The notes under the pieces are model-generated. The model searched no databases and had not been told where the DNA came from. It saw nothing but the letters and a program-made list of their open reading frames with translations. DNA of 64,000 nt from Nemertoderma westbladi (lineage: Eukaryota > Animalia > Xenacoelomorpha). Of the stretch, positions 1 through 13,670 are shown in pieces. The stretch is taken from the NCBI GenBank assembly GCA_032718475.1, contig JAUCBJ010001066.1:1-64000 (forward strand), written 5' to 3'. A program made the translations under genes and the position numbers. Within the stretch, counting starts at the first letter, position 1; every line of letters begins with the position of its first letter.

Positions 1-804
1 TGTTAGGCCTACTTTACATTCAGACTGGCCGGTGACAGGGTGATGCATCCTACTGTCCTAGCAGCCCAGTGGTGGTATTGCCTATCTGCCTATGTGTCGG
101 TATAGCAGAAAATTTCCACCCCCCTAAAAATTCACCTCCCGTCCCGGTTCCGGTTAAAATTCCCTAGTGTATTTTCACCCCCTGGCTGCCTGGTTAGAAT
201 TCACTAGGGCATTTAACCAGGGGAGACAAAACTAGGGGTGTAATTTCATTGTGAAATTTAATCCTGTAATAGTAATCCCCCTCAGCCTCGCCTCAGTCTG
301 TCAGTGTAAAATTCGTTAAATTAGATTTCAATCTATATACCTGTCCGGTACATGTATACCGGTAAGCCTACAGTTCTGCAGTTAAACGAACAGACGACCA
401 CAGATACCTTTAGAACACAGACAAACGATTTGTAGGCATGTAGGCTATATAATAAAGTACTGCCAGCCTGCTGTATTGTAGAAGACTGGGCTTGATGAAG
501 TCACATTCCAGGATGCAAACCACCATTGAACCACACACAATTTTTCAGCCGCGCAATATTGGACAAAGACAATAGGCTATACCGCGCATGAACCGAAAAA
601 ATGCCCACACCAAGTAATTCGATTTAGTAGGCTAGGAGGTAGGTATAATACACACACTGACACAAAGTAAATCGATGTACTGTCAGACTGTAGTTTAATG
701 AATAGTGCGTTCTTATTTTATAACTTTTTTTATTATCTATTATAATTTTTAACGTTCATTGAGGTGCCTATGTAATTAACTCATAGGCCTACTTAACAGC
801 TTAA

Positions 805-1888
805 CCCTGCCCGGTATGGTAAAAAATTATCCTTCACCGGTAACATGGGGTATTTTTATACCCCAAATTGATAAGACATTTTAAGTAACATTAAACAGAA
901 AAACACTTGCAATCCCCCTCCCAGAATTTGCCAAATGGTGAAAAAATAAGTTGTGAATTTTTTTTTTCAATTTGGTTGAAGTCTACCCAACGCTCAATGC
1001 CACAAAAATTATCCCACTACAATCGCGATCATCGTTAACGTCGCGATGGGCCGTTTTGCAACAAGATACTATCATAGCGAAGCATTAGCTGTGAGAGTGT
1101 TTCTCATTTTAGGTTTTTTAGTGGTGTTATGGGTCAAGTACACCCTGAAGTATACCATTGCAGTTCCAATAAGCATAAAATGAGTCCAATACCACCACTA
1201 AAAGTCAACAAAGTGATATATATATACATACAGATATATCACCTCGCAATAGCACAAGATCTTGAATTGTAATATGAAATATACACCATGACTGCAAAAG
1301 TACTGATGATTTGGTCATAAAATGTGATTATTGTCCAACTAAATTATACATTGCAGTTTCAATGAACCCAAAATGAGACCCAAAAGGCCAGAGCACCTCT
1401 AAGAAAGCCTACACAATAAGAATTATTCACATATACTTAGCAATCTATCGCATCGCGATTAGGCCGAAGTCTTGGGTTGTGAAATACAGGGTACAGGCCA
1501 TACACAATACAGTAGCTTCATAATACTGATAATTTGGTCTTAAAAGACAAAGTTAAAACATGCCTCTAGCTGTCTAGTAGGCCTACAACTAAATCGACCA
1601 TTGTGGTTCCAATGAAACCAAAATGAGTCACAAAGCACCACTAAGCGAGCACCATAACGTTATGGGGTATTTTTATACCCCATCTTACCTAACTAAGTTG
1701 TTTTCAAATTAAGGGCCCATAACATTTTTCATAAACAAAATTTTATGGGTTTGACCCCCACAATCGTTAGATTACAAGTTTTTTGGAAGATACTATGAAG
1801 TTGGACATACATAATATGAGAGATTGTCGAAAAATATCAAAAGTAATCCCCTTGGGGTTTTATTTTACCCCACGTTACCGGGGGAGGG
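805..1888. mobile_element. Non-autonomous piggyBac-like DNA transposon (MITE)
   Basis: TTAA|CCCTGCCCGGTA at 801-816 and TACCGGGGGAGGG|TTAA ending at 1892. The left-end copy CCTTCACCGGTAACATGGGGTA (831-852) also matches the reverse complement of the right end. TTAA targets with CCC...GGG ends are the piggyBac signature. No transposase ORF. Confidence 0.6.
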
Positions 1889-1895
1889 TTAATAA

Positions 1896-2971
1896 CCCTT
1901 GTGCTCTCTTTGATGTCATTTTTGACCCATCCACCATCGGAGATTTAAACTTACACAATTTTATCACACTTCGATATTTTATCTCGAAATTTTGTGACTT
2001 TTATTATTTTATAGTACCGGTACAGTACTTGTCAATTAGAAAAACAAAAATGTAAAAATTTGCAAGGTCTATTCAATTTTACAATTTGAACACATATTGT
2101 GCAGTTGTGTTTGAGGTCAAATTTGACCTCATCATCTGATCATGTCATGCAGTCATGTCTGCATGTTTTGTACCTGTACCATTCAATATCAACTTTAAAA
2201 TTTTTTTTCGAATTTCAACTTAGTTCGCAAATCAGATCTGCAGATGTCATCAAATGAGCCCAAACTTCGATAGATACCAAAATTTTGATTTAGGGATGAC
2301 AGGAAATATTCTGACAGGCACATGGTCAGTTCCCGCTCTTGGTGCAAGTGAATCTATTCCCCATTTTTGTGATGATCAACTGGTAGTATTCCTACTGCAT
2401 TGATATTATGCTCATTAGAACCGCAATGACCGATTTAGTTGGTGTAGACACCTTCAAAACAAGCGAAGAGCGAATAGTTTTGAGATATTTCTCAGGTATT
2501 TGTCAATAGGCTACTCAATATCGCATCAAGGCGCTAATGTTGACTTGTGCCAGACTCCCGGACTTCACATTTTCTGCAATATCTCAAAAACTATTCGCTC
2601 TATGCTTGTTTTGAAGGTGTCTACACCAACTAAATCGGTCATTGCGGTTCTAATGAGCACAATATAATATCAATGCAGTAGGAATACTAGAAGTTGATCA
2701 TCACAAAAATGGGGAATATGACTCACTTGCGCCAAGGGCGGGAACTGGCCATGACTCAATGAGTCTGTGGGAACATTTCTAGCGTCTTCCCCAAATCAAA
2801 ATTTTAGTAACTATCGAAGTTTGGGCCCAATTGATGACATCTGATGTGCAAACTGAGTTGAAATTCGACAAAAAGTTTTTTTGGACCACCCTACCTCATT
2901 TACATGAGGTCAAAATTGACCTCAAAGGAATCATATGTTTGAGAAACGAAGGGGTACACACTACACAAGGG
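1896..2971. mobile_element. Second piggyBac-like MITE with a long internal inverted repeat (foldback)
   Basis: Ends CCCTTGTG (1896) and CACAAGGG|TTAA (2964-2975). The internal arms ~2208-2489 and ~2578-2868 are reverse complements (e.g. GTAGACACCTTCAAAACAAGC vs GCTTGTTTTGAAGGTGTCTAC). The left flank reads ATAA rather than TTAA. Confidence 0.6.
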
Positions 2972-4277
2972 TTAATAAATAGATCAGTAGATAGATTCTT
3001 TATTAAAAAATGTATAAAATAAATGTATAAATTTCCAGCACTGGCAGACTGGTCTGCTGGTATTGTAGTAGGCTACAGACTACAGTGGGCTCTATTCTAT
3101 ATGGCATATTGACAAAAAGCGCGCCACATGGGTTCTGCTAAAACGAAAAGCACCAGCCATGACATTCAATGCGCGCCAACCATTCGCCAAGAAAGAAATT
3201 TTGCAATTATTAGGTACTTGACTGTATTATATTGTAATAATTTATCAGTTTATACTGCAGCAGACCTACAGTATTAAAATAATAAAAGGCGAGCGTAGCG
3301 AGCAAAGAAAATTTGCAGAAATATTAAGATTAATTCAGTATTAGTCAGATAGTAGGTCATAGGTCAACCAACTGTTTTTAAATACAGATGTCATTTAATT
3401 GCGAGCGAGAAAATTTTAACATTAATTAGTAGGCCAACCAACTGTTTTTAAATATAGAATATGATTATGGATTAAATTGAGAGCGTAGCGAGCATGAGAA
3501 TGTTTTTTTATATTGGTTTGAACAAATGAAACATGTCACAGACTCATTTAGGTTAATAAACAGAGTAGAGTAGCCTAATATGGAAATTGAAATAATGGAT
3601 ATGAGTAGAATATAATTTCAGACGCGAGTGAAGCGAGCGAAAATTTTTAACTCTTTTTAAACATACTGATATAATTTCAAGTATAGAGTGGATATGTTGC
3701 CAGTGCATTGCTACTGTTACATGACATACATCTGTCCATATGCGCGCCACACGACCATGTATGTTGCTCTTCGCCAGGATCCTCAATGCGATCCACACGA
3801 CCTTGTTGCTCCGCGCCAGGATCGGTAATGCGCGCCACATATGTTGAGCAAACTCTACATAAATTCCAACCTGAGGCACTATTGCTGTTTTCATTTTAAC
3901 AATGCATCTCATTTTGCACGCACTTTACTGCTTTAACTTTTTTACACCTCATCCGCGCACTTTCAGACTTTATGACTTTAGATATTTTGTCCAGATTACC
4001 GGGAACTGTTCTGCTGTTGGTGTTTTTCACACATTTCCGGTTCTGCGCACTATTTCAAATCCGTGCACAACGCCTTGCGATTTTAGCACTATATTCTGAT
4101 ATTTGCAGCCTGGGTCCCTCACACTGTCACATGCCCAATATTTAATAAGATGGAAATGGGGAACAGAACATATGGGGTTTTCACTAGAGGGAGCTGAAAT
4201 ACACAAGGGAAAATTACACCGGGAGTAAGAATACACTCTTGACATACACCTTACTGCCTTACCTTAACCGTTGCAGT

Positions 4278-4660
4278 TAGTAAACGACCGGTTAACCGGG
4301 CCGGGTTCAAACCCGGGCCGGGTTCAAACCCGGGCCGGGTTTGGGTGACCCGGAACAAGACCCGGCAAAAGAGACGCCGGGTACCGGGTTTTATCAAAAT
4401 TAAGCAATTTGCGTGAATGAGAATGACAAGTCTGTTTGACATGCCTATGCCCTATATACGTAGGTACCAGTACACAAAGTTGCCCAAAGCAGTAGGTAGT
4501 CAGGTAGTAGAAGCATCTTCTTACATTTTATATCATTTTTTTTCTTTTGATTTATCATTTTTTTTCGATTTTTTTAGAAGTAGACCCGGACCTGGACCAT
4601 GCCTTTTTGAGACAGACCCGGAACCGGACCCGGCAAAATGTTCGACCCGGTCGTTTACTA
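4278..4660. mobile_element. hAT-superfamily MITE (383 bp)
   Basis: 14-bp TIRs TAGTAAACGACCGG (4278-4291) and CCGGTCGTTTACTA (4647-4660), flanked by a perfect 8-bp duplication GTTGCAGT (4270-4277, 4661-4668). Subterminal CCGGG/ACCCGG repeats. An 8-bp TSD is typical of hAT. Confidence 0.8.
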
Positions 4661-6056
4661 GTTGCAGTGTTCTGTTCAGTATACCGGTTGCCGGTAAAAT
4701 TATATCCTATAAAAAGCTGAAGCTATATGCTGATATGTTGTCTCGTTGTCAGGTTGTTGCGATTGGAGTTATTGTTCTTATGTCAGTACCGGTATGTGCT
4801 TTAGTTATAGTGCGTATATTAGTACATGGGCATGCCACTGCCTGACTGTGCAACTCAGACATTCTAGCATTCGAATTGCAATGACTGAATGATAGATTTC
4901 TGGATTTAGTGAGAGTAGACACCTTCAATACGAAAGTGGAGTGATTATTTCTCGAGCAATTCTGCAAAATATTTAGTCCGCTTCACTGCCTTAATCCAAT
5001 ATCAGAATCATTACAGTATTAGTTCTCGAGATATTGTAAAAAATGTTTAGGTTGGTTTGATAAATGTGATTATTGAATTGATGTTGAGATTAGTCGCCTA
5101 TATGACAGTATGATAAGCGTACCGGTGCATTTTATTAAATATCTCGAGAAGTGATCGTTTTGAAGGTGTGTCTTTTCTACTACTCCCACAAACTTGATAA
5201 TTGCGGTTTCAATGGGCCTATTTTTGAAGTTGGGAAAGGAATTGGAAGCATTTAAAATGCCTCTCTGATACTCCTATATCATCAGTATATTGCGTATCGA
5301 GTTGTTGCGGCCAAAACCTTTTGTAGAACATTTCGAAAATAAATATATTTTCGTTTTGAAGGTTTCTAGCTACCAATCTACCCCTACAGCCCTACTACCC
5401 CCAGCCCACAATATCGGTCATTGCTGCATTGTGGTCCGAGTGGTGTAAGATCATTGCAAGTTGCAACAGATCATTACCAGAAATCGGCAGAGGGTTGTAG
5501 CTTGGGTGTAGTGCAGATATGTTGCCACATGACTGGAACTAATTCCTCTCATTTTAAAGAGAATTTTGAAAAGCAAATTGAATGATATTGCTGTATTGAT
5601 CATGAATCATCATGATCACACAATTTTGTAGGCCTTCACTTTGCTGTATTTAATGTAGGCCTATTGTATTTTGTTTTTCCTACTGGGTATGTATTTTATT
5701 CTTTTCAACTCTTTTATTTCCTATTTACTTTAACTAGTTCCAGTATATGTTACAGTGGTTATTGATATTTCTGGTACCAATATACTGATGCCAGGATACA
5801 TAACCTTGCTGCCTTGGTAAAGCTAAATGTTGTTAAGTTACAGTACCGGTATACATTGAGACAGTTGAGACAGGTACCGGTATCTCTACTACTACAGTAC
5901 AGAGTATAAGATAAATACGTATAAATACTGTATAAGATAAAACGCGGGACTAGGACCTAGGATTATAAAACAAACAATTTATATACACAATATTTTATAT
6001 ATGCTTTGCTTATTGAATATTGGTTATAATTTTATTCTTCACTTAAACACATAAAA

Positions 6057-8351
6057 ATGGCTGATATCGATGTAAATAAAATGAAAGTAGCCGAGTTGCG
6101 GGAAATGCTTTCTCAACAGGGTGTCGAGACGCCAAAAAATATGAAGAAAGCCGAGTTGTTGACAAAGCTGCGACGCTCGTTGGGTCAGGAGAACGGTGAA
6201 GGGGACGTTGCTGATGTGTCCATGGAGGAGGAACCTTCAAAGCAACCGGAAGAGCAACCAACTCCAGAGGGAGTTCAACCAACTCCGGAGGGAACTCCTG
6301 TTGCAGATACAGTGCAGCAAATGGATGCGCATATAGATGGCAACGTGCAATCCGCTGAGGCTGCGGCCGCGGCCCCAGAACCTGCTGAAACTGTAACGGA
6401 ACCGGTTCAAAGCACAGAAACTGAAGCGGTTGATCCCGTGGAAAGTAAAACGGAATCTGTTGAAACAGAAAGTAAAACAGTTGTCGATGATACAACTACT
6501 AATTCTGTCGAGGCAGATACGAGTAAGCCGGTAGTTCCTCCTACATTGGAACTCCTCGATGTTAAAGCAACGGACGAAGGCTATGTCGGTAGCGGGAAGC
6601 GTGACAACGAAGAAGTTAACGAAGAAACACCACCGAGTAAACGATCCCGTGCAGATGACGAAGAGGAAGACAAAGAAGAGGAGGATGAGGATAAAGAGGA
6701 TGATAAAGAGAGTGTTGTTGACGACGAACACAACCTTGATCTTCCAAACAACGAGGAGCACGTTGAGTTAGACCGATACACGTCGGATCTACACTTTTCG
6801 ATTGGCTCCAATGGTGTCACGGCTTCTCCGCTTGTAGACGACGGGTTCGTCTACATGTACGCCGGTGGCCGCGCTACTTACGGGGTCGTCGCGGGGAAGT
6901 TCGCCTTCGAGGTGAAGATAATTGATAAGCTGGGAGTGGAGAAGCAACTCCCATGGGAGGAGGTACACCGACATGGAGCCCGGGTGGGGGTCGCCGTGGC
7001 AGCAGCGGGGAACCAGCTGGGCGAGGAGCCCGGAAGTTTCGGATACGATTCCCTCGCCAAGGGGTGTAGCGCTGAGCGGAAGTTCTTCGAGTACGGACAT
7101 CTCTACGGGGACGGTGACGTAGTCGGTTGCTATGTGGATGCCTCTGGGGATAACATCACTGTCGAGTACACACTCAATGGAGAGGCTTTCCATTGCGGGG
7201 TCTGCCACTCGTTTAAGCGATCCGACCTTCCCGGGGATTCCCAAGCGTTGTTCCCAGCGATTATGTTGAAGAATTTCTCCGCGGAGGTTAATTTCGGGAA
7301 TCTGGATGAGCCGTGGTTCCCTCCGCTAGAGGGCTACACATTCATCGCGAAGCTGCCGCTAGAGGAGCGCGTTCGGGGTGCGCAGTGCCCGGGCTCGAAG
7401 AAGGACTGCCGCGTCATAGCGACCATGGGGTTGCCTAGTAGCGGGAAGAGTTGCTGGGCTACGGAGTTCGCCAAGGAGAACCCGGAGTTCGGGGTGATCG
7501 GGTTCGGGCAGGCGGTGCAACGGATGGCGATCCTCGGGATCCCGCGACGGAAGAACTGGGCGGGGAAGTGGGACGTCCTCATAGCGGCAGCCAATAACGC
7601 CGTCAATCGTATCGTAGACATCGCCGCCCATCGCAATCGCAACCTGATCCTCGATCAGTCAAGTGTAAACGCGGGGATGTGCACTCGGAAACTGCGTCCG
7701 TTCGCGGGGTTCCATCGCAAGATCGTGGTTATTATACCCAGCGAGGACTTGTACAAGGAGAGGGTCACCCGGCACCAGGAGTCCGAGGGCCGCTCGGCTG
7801 GGGAGAACAGTATCCTGGACGCCAAGGCTAACTTCAGCGCTCCCAAGGTGAACAGAGTCGTGAAGGAGGTTGAATACATCGGAGCGGATAATCCAGAGGA
7901 AGCGGAGGCCAGGATAGGGGAGTTCAATAAGCAGGCCAAGGAGAAGGGGTTCGAGAGGCACAGGGATGTTAGGAAATGGGGGCGTGGGGGGAATAGAGGG
8001 GGCAGACAATGGGGGGGAGGGGAGAAGGGGGGCAACCGAGGTGGCGGGGGGAAAAGTGGCGGAGGGCCAAAGTGGGGGGCATGGCCGCAGATCGGTGGGG
8101 GGCGCAATTACGGAGGAGGTGGATGGGGAAGTGGGGGGCAGTATGGGTATCCGCCCCCACCACCACCACCCCCTCACGGGGGTTACTACCAGGGGGGATA
8201 CGCCGGGGGTTATAGCAGCTATTATGGGTCCTACCCGCAGGGGGGCTATTATCAACAGGCGCAGCAGCATGGAGGGGGGCATAACTACGGGTATGGGGGG
8301 CGCAGTGGAGGGGGGCATCAGTACGGCAGCCAGTATTACCAACAACGATAG
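6057..8351 (+). CDS. HNRNPU: Heterogeneous nuclear ribonucleoprotein U / U-like (SAF-A family), 764 aa, single coding exon
   Basis: N-terminal SAP motif (VNKMKVAELREMLSQQGVETPKNMKKAELLTKL), acidic linker, SPRY/B30.2 domain (YAGGRATYGVVAGKFAFEVKI...QLGEEPGSFGY...GDVVGCY), P-loop kinase-like domain (MGLPSSGKS...RNLILDQ) and an RGG/YG-rich tail. This is the hnRNP U/UL1/UL2 architecture; the exact paralog cannot be assigned. Confidence 0.92.
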   Translation: MADIDVNKMKVAELREMLSQQGVETPKNMKKAELLTKLRRSLGQENGEGDVADVSMEEEPSKQPEEQPTPEGVQPTPEGTPVADTVQQMDAHIDGNVQSAEAAAAAPEPAETVTEPVQSTETEAVDPVESKTESVETESKTVVDDTTTNSVEADTSKPVVPPTLELLDVKATDEGYVGSGKRDNEEVNEETPPSKRSRADDEEEDKEEEDEDKEDDKESVVDDEHNLDLPNNEEHVELDRYTSDLHFSIGSNGVTASPLVDDGFVYMYAGGRATYGVVAGKFAFEVKIIDKLGVEKQLPWEEVHRHGARVGVAVAAAGNQLGEEPGSFGYDSLAKGCSAERKFFEYGHLYGDGDVVGCYVDASGDNITVEYTLNGEAFHCGVCHSFKRSDLPGDSQALFPAIMLKNFSAEVNFGNLDEPWFPPLEGYTFIAKLPLEERVRGAQCPGSKKDCRVIATMGLPSSGKSCWATEFAKENPEFGVIGFGQAVQRMAILGIPRRKNWAGKWDVLIAAANNAVNRIVDIAAHRNRNLILDQSSVNAGMCTRKLRPFAGFHRKIVVIIPSEDLYKERVTRHQESEGRSAGENSILDAKANFSAPKVNRVVKEVEYIGADNPEEAEARIGEFNKQAKEKGFERHRDVRKWGRGGNRGGRQWGGGEKGGNRGGGGKSGGGPKWGAWPQIGGGRNYGGGGWGSGGQYGYPPPPPPPPHGGYYQGGYAGGYSSYYGSYPQGGYYQQAQQHGGGHNYGYGGRSGGGHQYGSQYYQQR

Positions 8352-9153
8352 CTGCACCACCCCAACAGATCAATGGATACTGTTAGTAGGTCGGTTAACT
8401 TGACTATTTTAATACTTTAAATGTACTTTTTTTTGAACTGGTAAACGGATGACTGATCACTGAAGGATCAGTTGCAGCCCCTACAGAACTCCTACGTAAT
8501 TCCTTTGGAATACCTAGCCTATTATGTCCGCTGCTAATAGTCTTAAAGCGATTATTCCGATACTTGATACGTTTCGTACAGACATTGACTCGCAATTGGG
8601 GCCACTTCTTTTTTTTTAGAACATCATCAGAAGCTTGCTCATCTCAGTATCACATTTTTGTTTATGTTTTTGATGTTTTCTAACGACGGATTTTGACTTT
8701 TCTGTTCGAATGCAGCACATCGATGTATTGTTATTATTTTTCAAACTTATTTTTACTTACATTAAGGTACATAAGTTATCTTTTACTCCAGTCGAAATAG
8801 AGTTTTGTCTAATTAGTGACTTTTTTTAATTTCAGTTTCTTGACCTTTCAAAATTTCTATAAATTTCTGTTATGACGAACTACTTATATCAAATATATCA
8901 TATAAAACTACTCGTGAAAATTGACTACGATCATCGTAGTTTGTAAATATATAAACGATATAAATAAATGACTTGGCCTATTAAGAATTTGGTATATAAA
9001 TTTTAGACAATTTCTCACCTGGCCTTTTATGCGATGGTAATGTTATTTGCAACATGGCAATGTTAGTTTAGTTTCTTTCAGTAATTATCCTTTTACCGAT
9101 ATATTTTTTGTCTCATTTTTCACTTCCTTTTGTATAAATTCCTTGAACGAAAA

Positions 9154-9226
9154 ACATGAAACAGTTAGACACAGAAATACATGAAACAGTTAGACACAGA
9201 AATACATGAAACAGTTAGGCACAGAA
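9154..9226. repeat. 25-bp tandem repeat x3
   Basis: ACATGAAACAGTTAGACACAGAAAT repeated at 9154, 9179 and 9204. Confidence 0.85.
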
Positions 9227-10340
9227 CTTCAGTCTTAATTTATTGAGTATCCATGAAGTCAAGTCATTATGTGAATCCCAGACACTAACTAATACTTGAG
9301 TTTGACCAACTTTGTTACTAAGTTATCCGTGATTGCTTTGATTTCAATTTAATTTCTTTGTTTTTAGTGTTTCTGATATAGTTGTTTTCCGATTCCAGTG
9401 CTTATTTATATGTTGCTGGTATGGTAACAATCTTGATGTTATATTATGTACTTTGCCTGATTGGGGGCCATTCCAACATTAATATTATTATTTGTTGTCC
9501 GTTTTTCCATGTACATTTTACACATATTTCCAGGAATCAAGGAGCACAATACACTTGTACACTTTAATTGTATTTTTCACATGGAAGAGGTTGCATTGCA
9601 CTAAATATTATTTACATTGTAACCAAGATTAGTCAATGTCTGGGACGTGATGACTGGCTGAATATGAAATTATTTCACTTTTTTATGCATTTAACATTAG
9701 TTTCAATTGGGTTCAATGGTGATAGGCTGGCCTATAAGAGTTTAATGTGTCAAATATTTTTTAAATATTGTTTTTTTAACAGTTAACGATTATTCTAACT
9801 TATAGGACCGAAACTTATATTAACGGAGTGTACCTAATAATACCTTTTGAATAAAATCAAATTTTAAACTTACAGCTGTTAATCAACCTCTCAGTTTTTA
9901 TTCAACAAATATATTTAAGCGACAGAAACATTCAGCTTGTCAACATTACATGTAGCGGAGAAAGTCTAAGCAGCATTAATCATTACATTACTAATAATAT
10001 GCGATATATCCACAAACATTAGTTTTTCAGTTCTGGTTATAATAAAAATGTTAAATATTAGCTCGATAATTTGCGTATTTTTTCAAGTTATGCCTGGTAC
10101 AATTTGATTTAATATTATTAGAGTATTATTGTAAAAATAATTATTGATAAGCTCATTGATAGAGATGAATATTATATATTTATGCACGCATACCGGTTTA
10201 CAATTTATGATTTTGTGCCCTTTTGCAAATTATATCTTGACATCGGATTATATACAATCATTGTCTTTGTCATTTTATAATTGATTAAAATCTACCTGCG
10301 TACAGGTTGTTTGTGGTGCGGATAGCATTGACCCCACAAA

Positions 10341-10470
10341 GCGCCCCAGCGACTGCGCCCCAACGACCGCGCCCCAACGACCGCACCCCAACGACCGCAC
10401 CCCAACGACCGCGCCCCAACGACCGCGCCCCAACGACCGCGCCCCAACGACCGCGCCCCAACGACCGCGC
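10341..10470. repeat. 14-bp GC-rich minisatellite, ~9 copies
   Basis: Unit GCGCCCCAACGACC; it explains the repetitive ORFs at 10275-10533. Confidence 0.9.
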
Positions 10471-12712
10471 ACTCTTCTCTACATGAGAGATGATTCGGTC
10501 GAAAGTGACATAATTTTTGACAATATTTGGCACAACCTTGATATATTTGAGCGTCTTTTTTTCCTATTCTTATTAGTTTTCTTCTTCTAGTTGAGATGAT
10601 ATGTGTCGCAATTTATATTTTATTGACATCAGGCATAACTTTTTGTATTTACATTTCAAGTGGATTGAGTCTTGTTTTGAGCATATATTTGTATTATTCA
10701 TAATTCAATTCATGCTAGAAATAATTTTGGTACACTAAGTTAATATGTTTCGGTATTTCGATATTTTTGATGGTTTAATTTCTATGACTGAATGTACTGT
10801 AAATAAATAAAAATATGTATTATTGTTAAATCATTGAAATCAATAATTTCTAAAATGTAATTCCGCCAGATTTCATACGCGACCCTTATATATGAAAATA
10901 GCCATGATGTATGAAAGTAGCGAATGTATTAATTTTTAGAAATTGCTATTGGTTTCTTGATGAAACTGAAAGTAATATATATTTTTGTAACAAACTTTAT
11001 TTCGATTGGAGCCAAAACTTTAGTTAGAATAGCGGTGGGCAACAATTTCCTTTATGCTTAGTTTCAGGCCTTTGGAACGTTGCCAGATGATATAGGACCA
11101 ACTCGCTGATTGCTACCTGTGACGTCACCATCGACGATATCTACCAATGCCTGGGCCAACCTTAGCAACAGATGATGTGTACAGAAGGGCCACAGGGCGT
11201 GGTCGCGATTCCTAACAAACTATGGACTAAAATTAGTTTTTGGAAATTTTGTTTCAGACAGCCGTTTTTTCGTTTGTTCGATTTGATTTTGATTTCTCAT
11301 TCCGTATTATAATTTATTGTCAACTATTTTCGGTATCACCGTGTTGCGATGAGGTTATTTTGGTTTTGTATCGATATTAAGTTCAGCGGTTGTTTCTGTA
11401 ATATTTAGCTGTACAATAAATAATAAATACCATGACTACTATTATATCAAAATAATTTCATTTATGTTAACATATATTTAAAATACCGACGGGGTGTATT
11501 CCTAACAGGGAGGGACTGGCAGAGAATCGAATCTAACTTGTTTATTGAATCTAAATATTTTTTTAACATCAATTTTAATCATAAAATGACCATGTTGAAT
11601 CTGTACTCAAAATAATGATTTTTAGAGTGCAAACAATTTTGTACCATCTATCATTCCTTCCATCTATTCCTTCCATTCATTCTATTATTCCGGCTAGATT
11701 CGATGCCATGGGGGTGGGGCGAGCCATGAAGTCTGTGAACCTTAGCGGGCAAAATAATTGTCCATCCATAGAGAAGATCTGACCCCGATATAGGGATATA
11801 ACTATAATATATATAGGATATAACTTTAATAACTATATAGATTTTACTGGCCAGTATTGGTTGGCAGAAGGAGATACGCAATGCGTATCCCATTGCGCAT
11901 CATAATAGCCTCTCGTCAACAAGTCAACCCCACCGACTAGCGGCACTGGCTGTTTCAGCTGACGGGGCTCTGTCGAAAAACGCGTCCCTGATGTAGTAAG
12001 GGCCCTCTTTTGAGGAACAATATTATTATTACCGCGGAACTGCTTCTAGTCTAGGCCAGACCTAGCCAGAAGTAGAATCCTCCCAACCATCAACACGAAC
12101 AGATGAATCTGACACTTTCCCCAACCCCCCGCCCCAATGACGCAGAGGCAGACAACTTTGTTCAATTACCTTTTATATTTCAACTACATAATTATATATG
12201 TAAACCGATAAACTGATCACGATGGAATGTTACTATTGAGTATTTATTGTGGTAGATGTGTTATATAATAAAGTTTTGGCAGTCAGGAAGCATCGGGTAC
12301 TTTTATAAAGATCTAGAACACGTCTGTGCTAATTGGCCAGTTAAACAGACCAACAGAAATCAACTAGGGGCAATATTACACTGTCTACCACACTGTGCAG
12401 CTGTCTACCACTACCACATTGTCTCTTCTTAATTAATAAAGATGCCGCCCGTGTCCAGTCATTTTCAAACAGGTGTGCTTTCGGACTCACCTATAATGCA
12501 AACTAAGGTGATCAGGACGAAACTTGTCGAACCTCTATAAAGAGCATCCTACACCATCACTCTACACCATCATCCTACACCATCACTCTACACCCCAAAC
12601 GTCTCCGTCTCGCCTAACACTATAGGCATAATCTAATAAGTTATGGACTACAACACTGAAGGAAATAGATGGTACTGTATATTAGTCATTAAATCCTAGT
12701 GGGGTGGGGTTC

Positions 12713-13670
12713 ATTGGAACATAGTTCGCATCCTATTGGAACAAAGTTCGCAACTATTGGAACAAAGTACGCAACTATTGGAACAAAGTACGCAACTATT
12801 GGAACAAAGTTCGCAACTATTGGAACAAAGTTCGCAACTATTGGAACAAAGTTCGCAACTATTGGAACAAAGTTCGCAACTATTGGAACAAAGTTCGCAA
12901 CCCATTGGAACAAAGTTCGCAACTATTGGAACAAAGTTCGCAACCCATTGGAACAAAGTTCGCAACTATTGGAACATAGTTCGAATCCTATTGGAACAAA
13001 GTTCGCAACTATTGGAACAAAGTACGCAACCCATTGGAACAAAGTTCGCAACTATTGGAACAAAGTTCGCAACCCATTGGAACAAAGTTCGCAACTATTG
13101 GAACATAGTTCGAATCCTATTGGAACAAAGTTCGCAACTATTGGAACAAAGTACGCAACCCATTGGAACAAAGTTCGCAACTATTGGAAGAAAGTTCGCA
13201 TCCTATTGGAACAAAGTTCGCAACTATTGGAACAAAGTTCGCAACTATTGGAACAAAGTACGCAACCCATTGGAACAAAGTTCGCAACTATTGGAACAAA
13301 GTTCGCAACCCATTGGAACAAAGTTCGCAACTATTGGAACATAGTTCGAATCCTATTGGAACAAAGTTCGCAACTATTGGAACAAAGTACGCAACCCATT
13401 GGAACAAAGTTCGCAACTATTGGAAGAAAGTTCGCATCCTATTGGAACAAAGTTCGCAACTATTGGAACAAAGTACGCAACCCATTGGAACAAAGTTCGC
13501 AACTATTGGAACAAAGTTCGCAACTATTGGAACAAAGTACGCAACTATTGGAACAAAGTTCGCAACTATTGGAACAAAGTACGCAACTATTGGAACAAAG
13601 TTCGTAACTATTGGAACAAAGTTCGCAACTATTGGAACAAAGTTCGCAACTATTGGAAGAAAGTTCGCAA
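12713..13670. repeat. 21/22-bp minisatellite, ~45 copies, with higher-order structure
   Basis: Unit ATTGGAACAAAGTTCGCAACT (21 bp) with a 22-bp variant ending GCAACCC. The variant GAACATAGTTCGAATCCT recurs near 12972, 13100 and 13337. Confidence 0.95.

Noticed and set aside
6043-8403. Many overlapping antisense and alternate-frame ORFs over the hnRNP U gene (likewise over RNASEH2A, CPPED1 and gag)
   Set aside because: Shadow ORFs of GC-rich coding sequence with no recognisable motifs.
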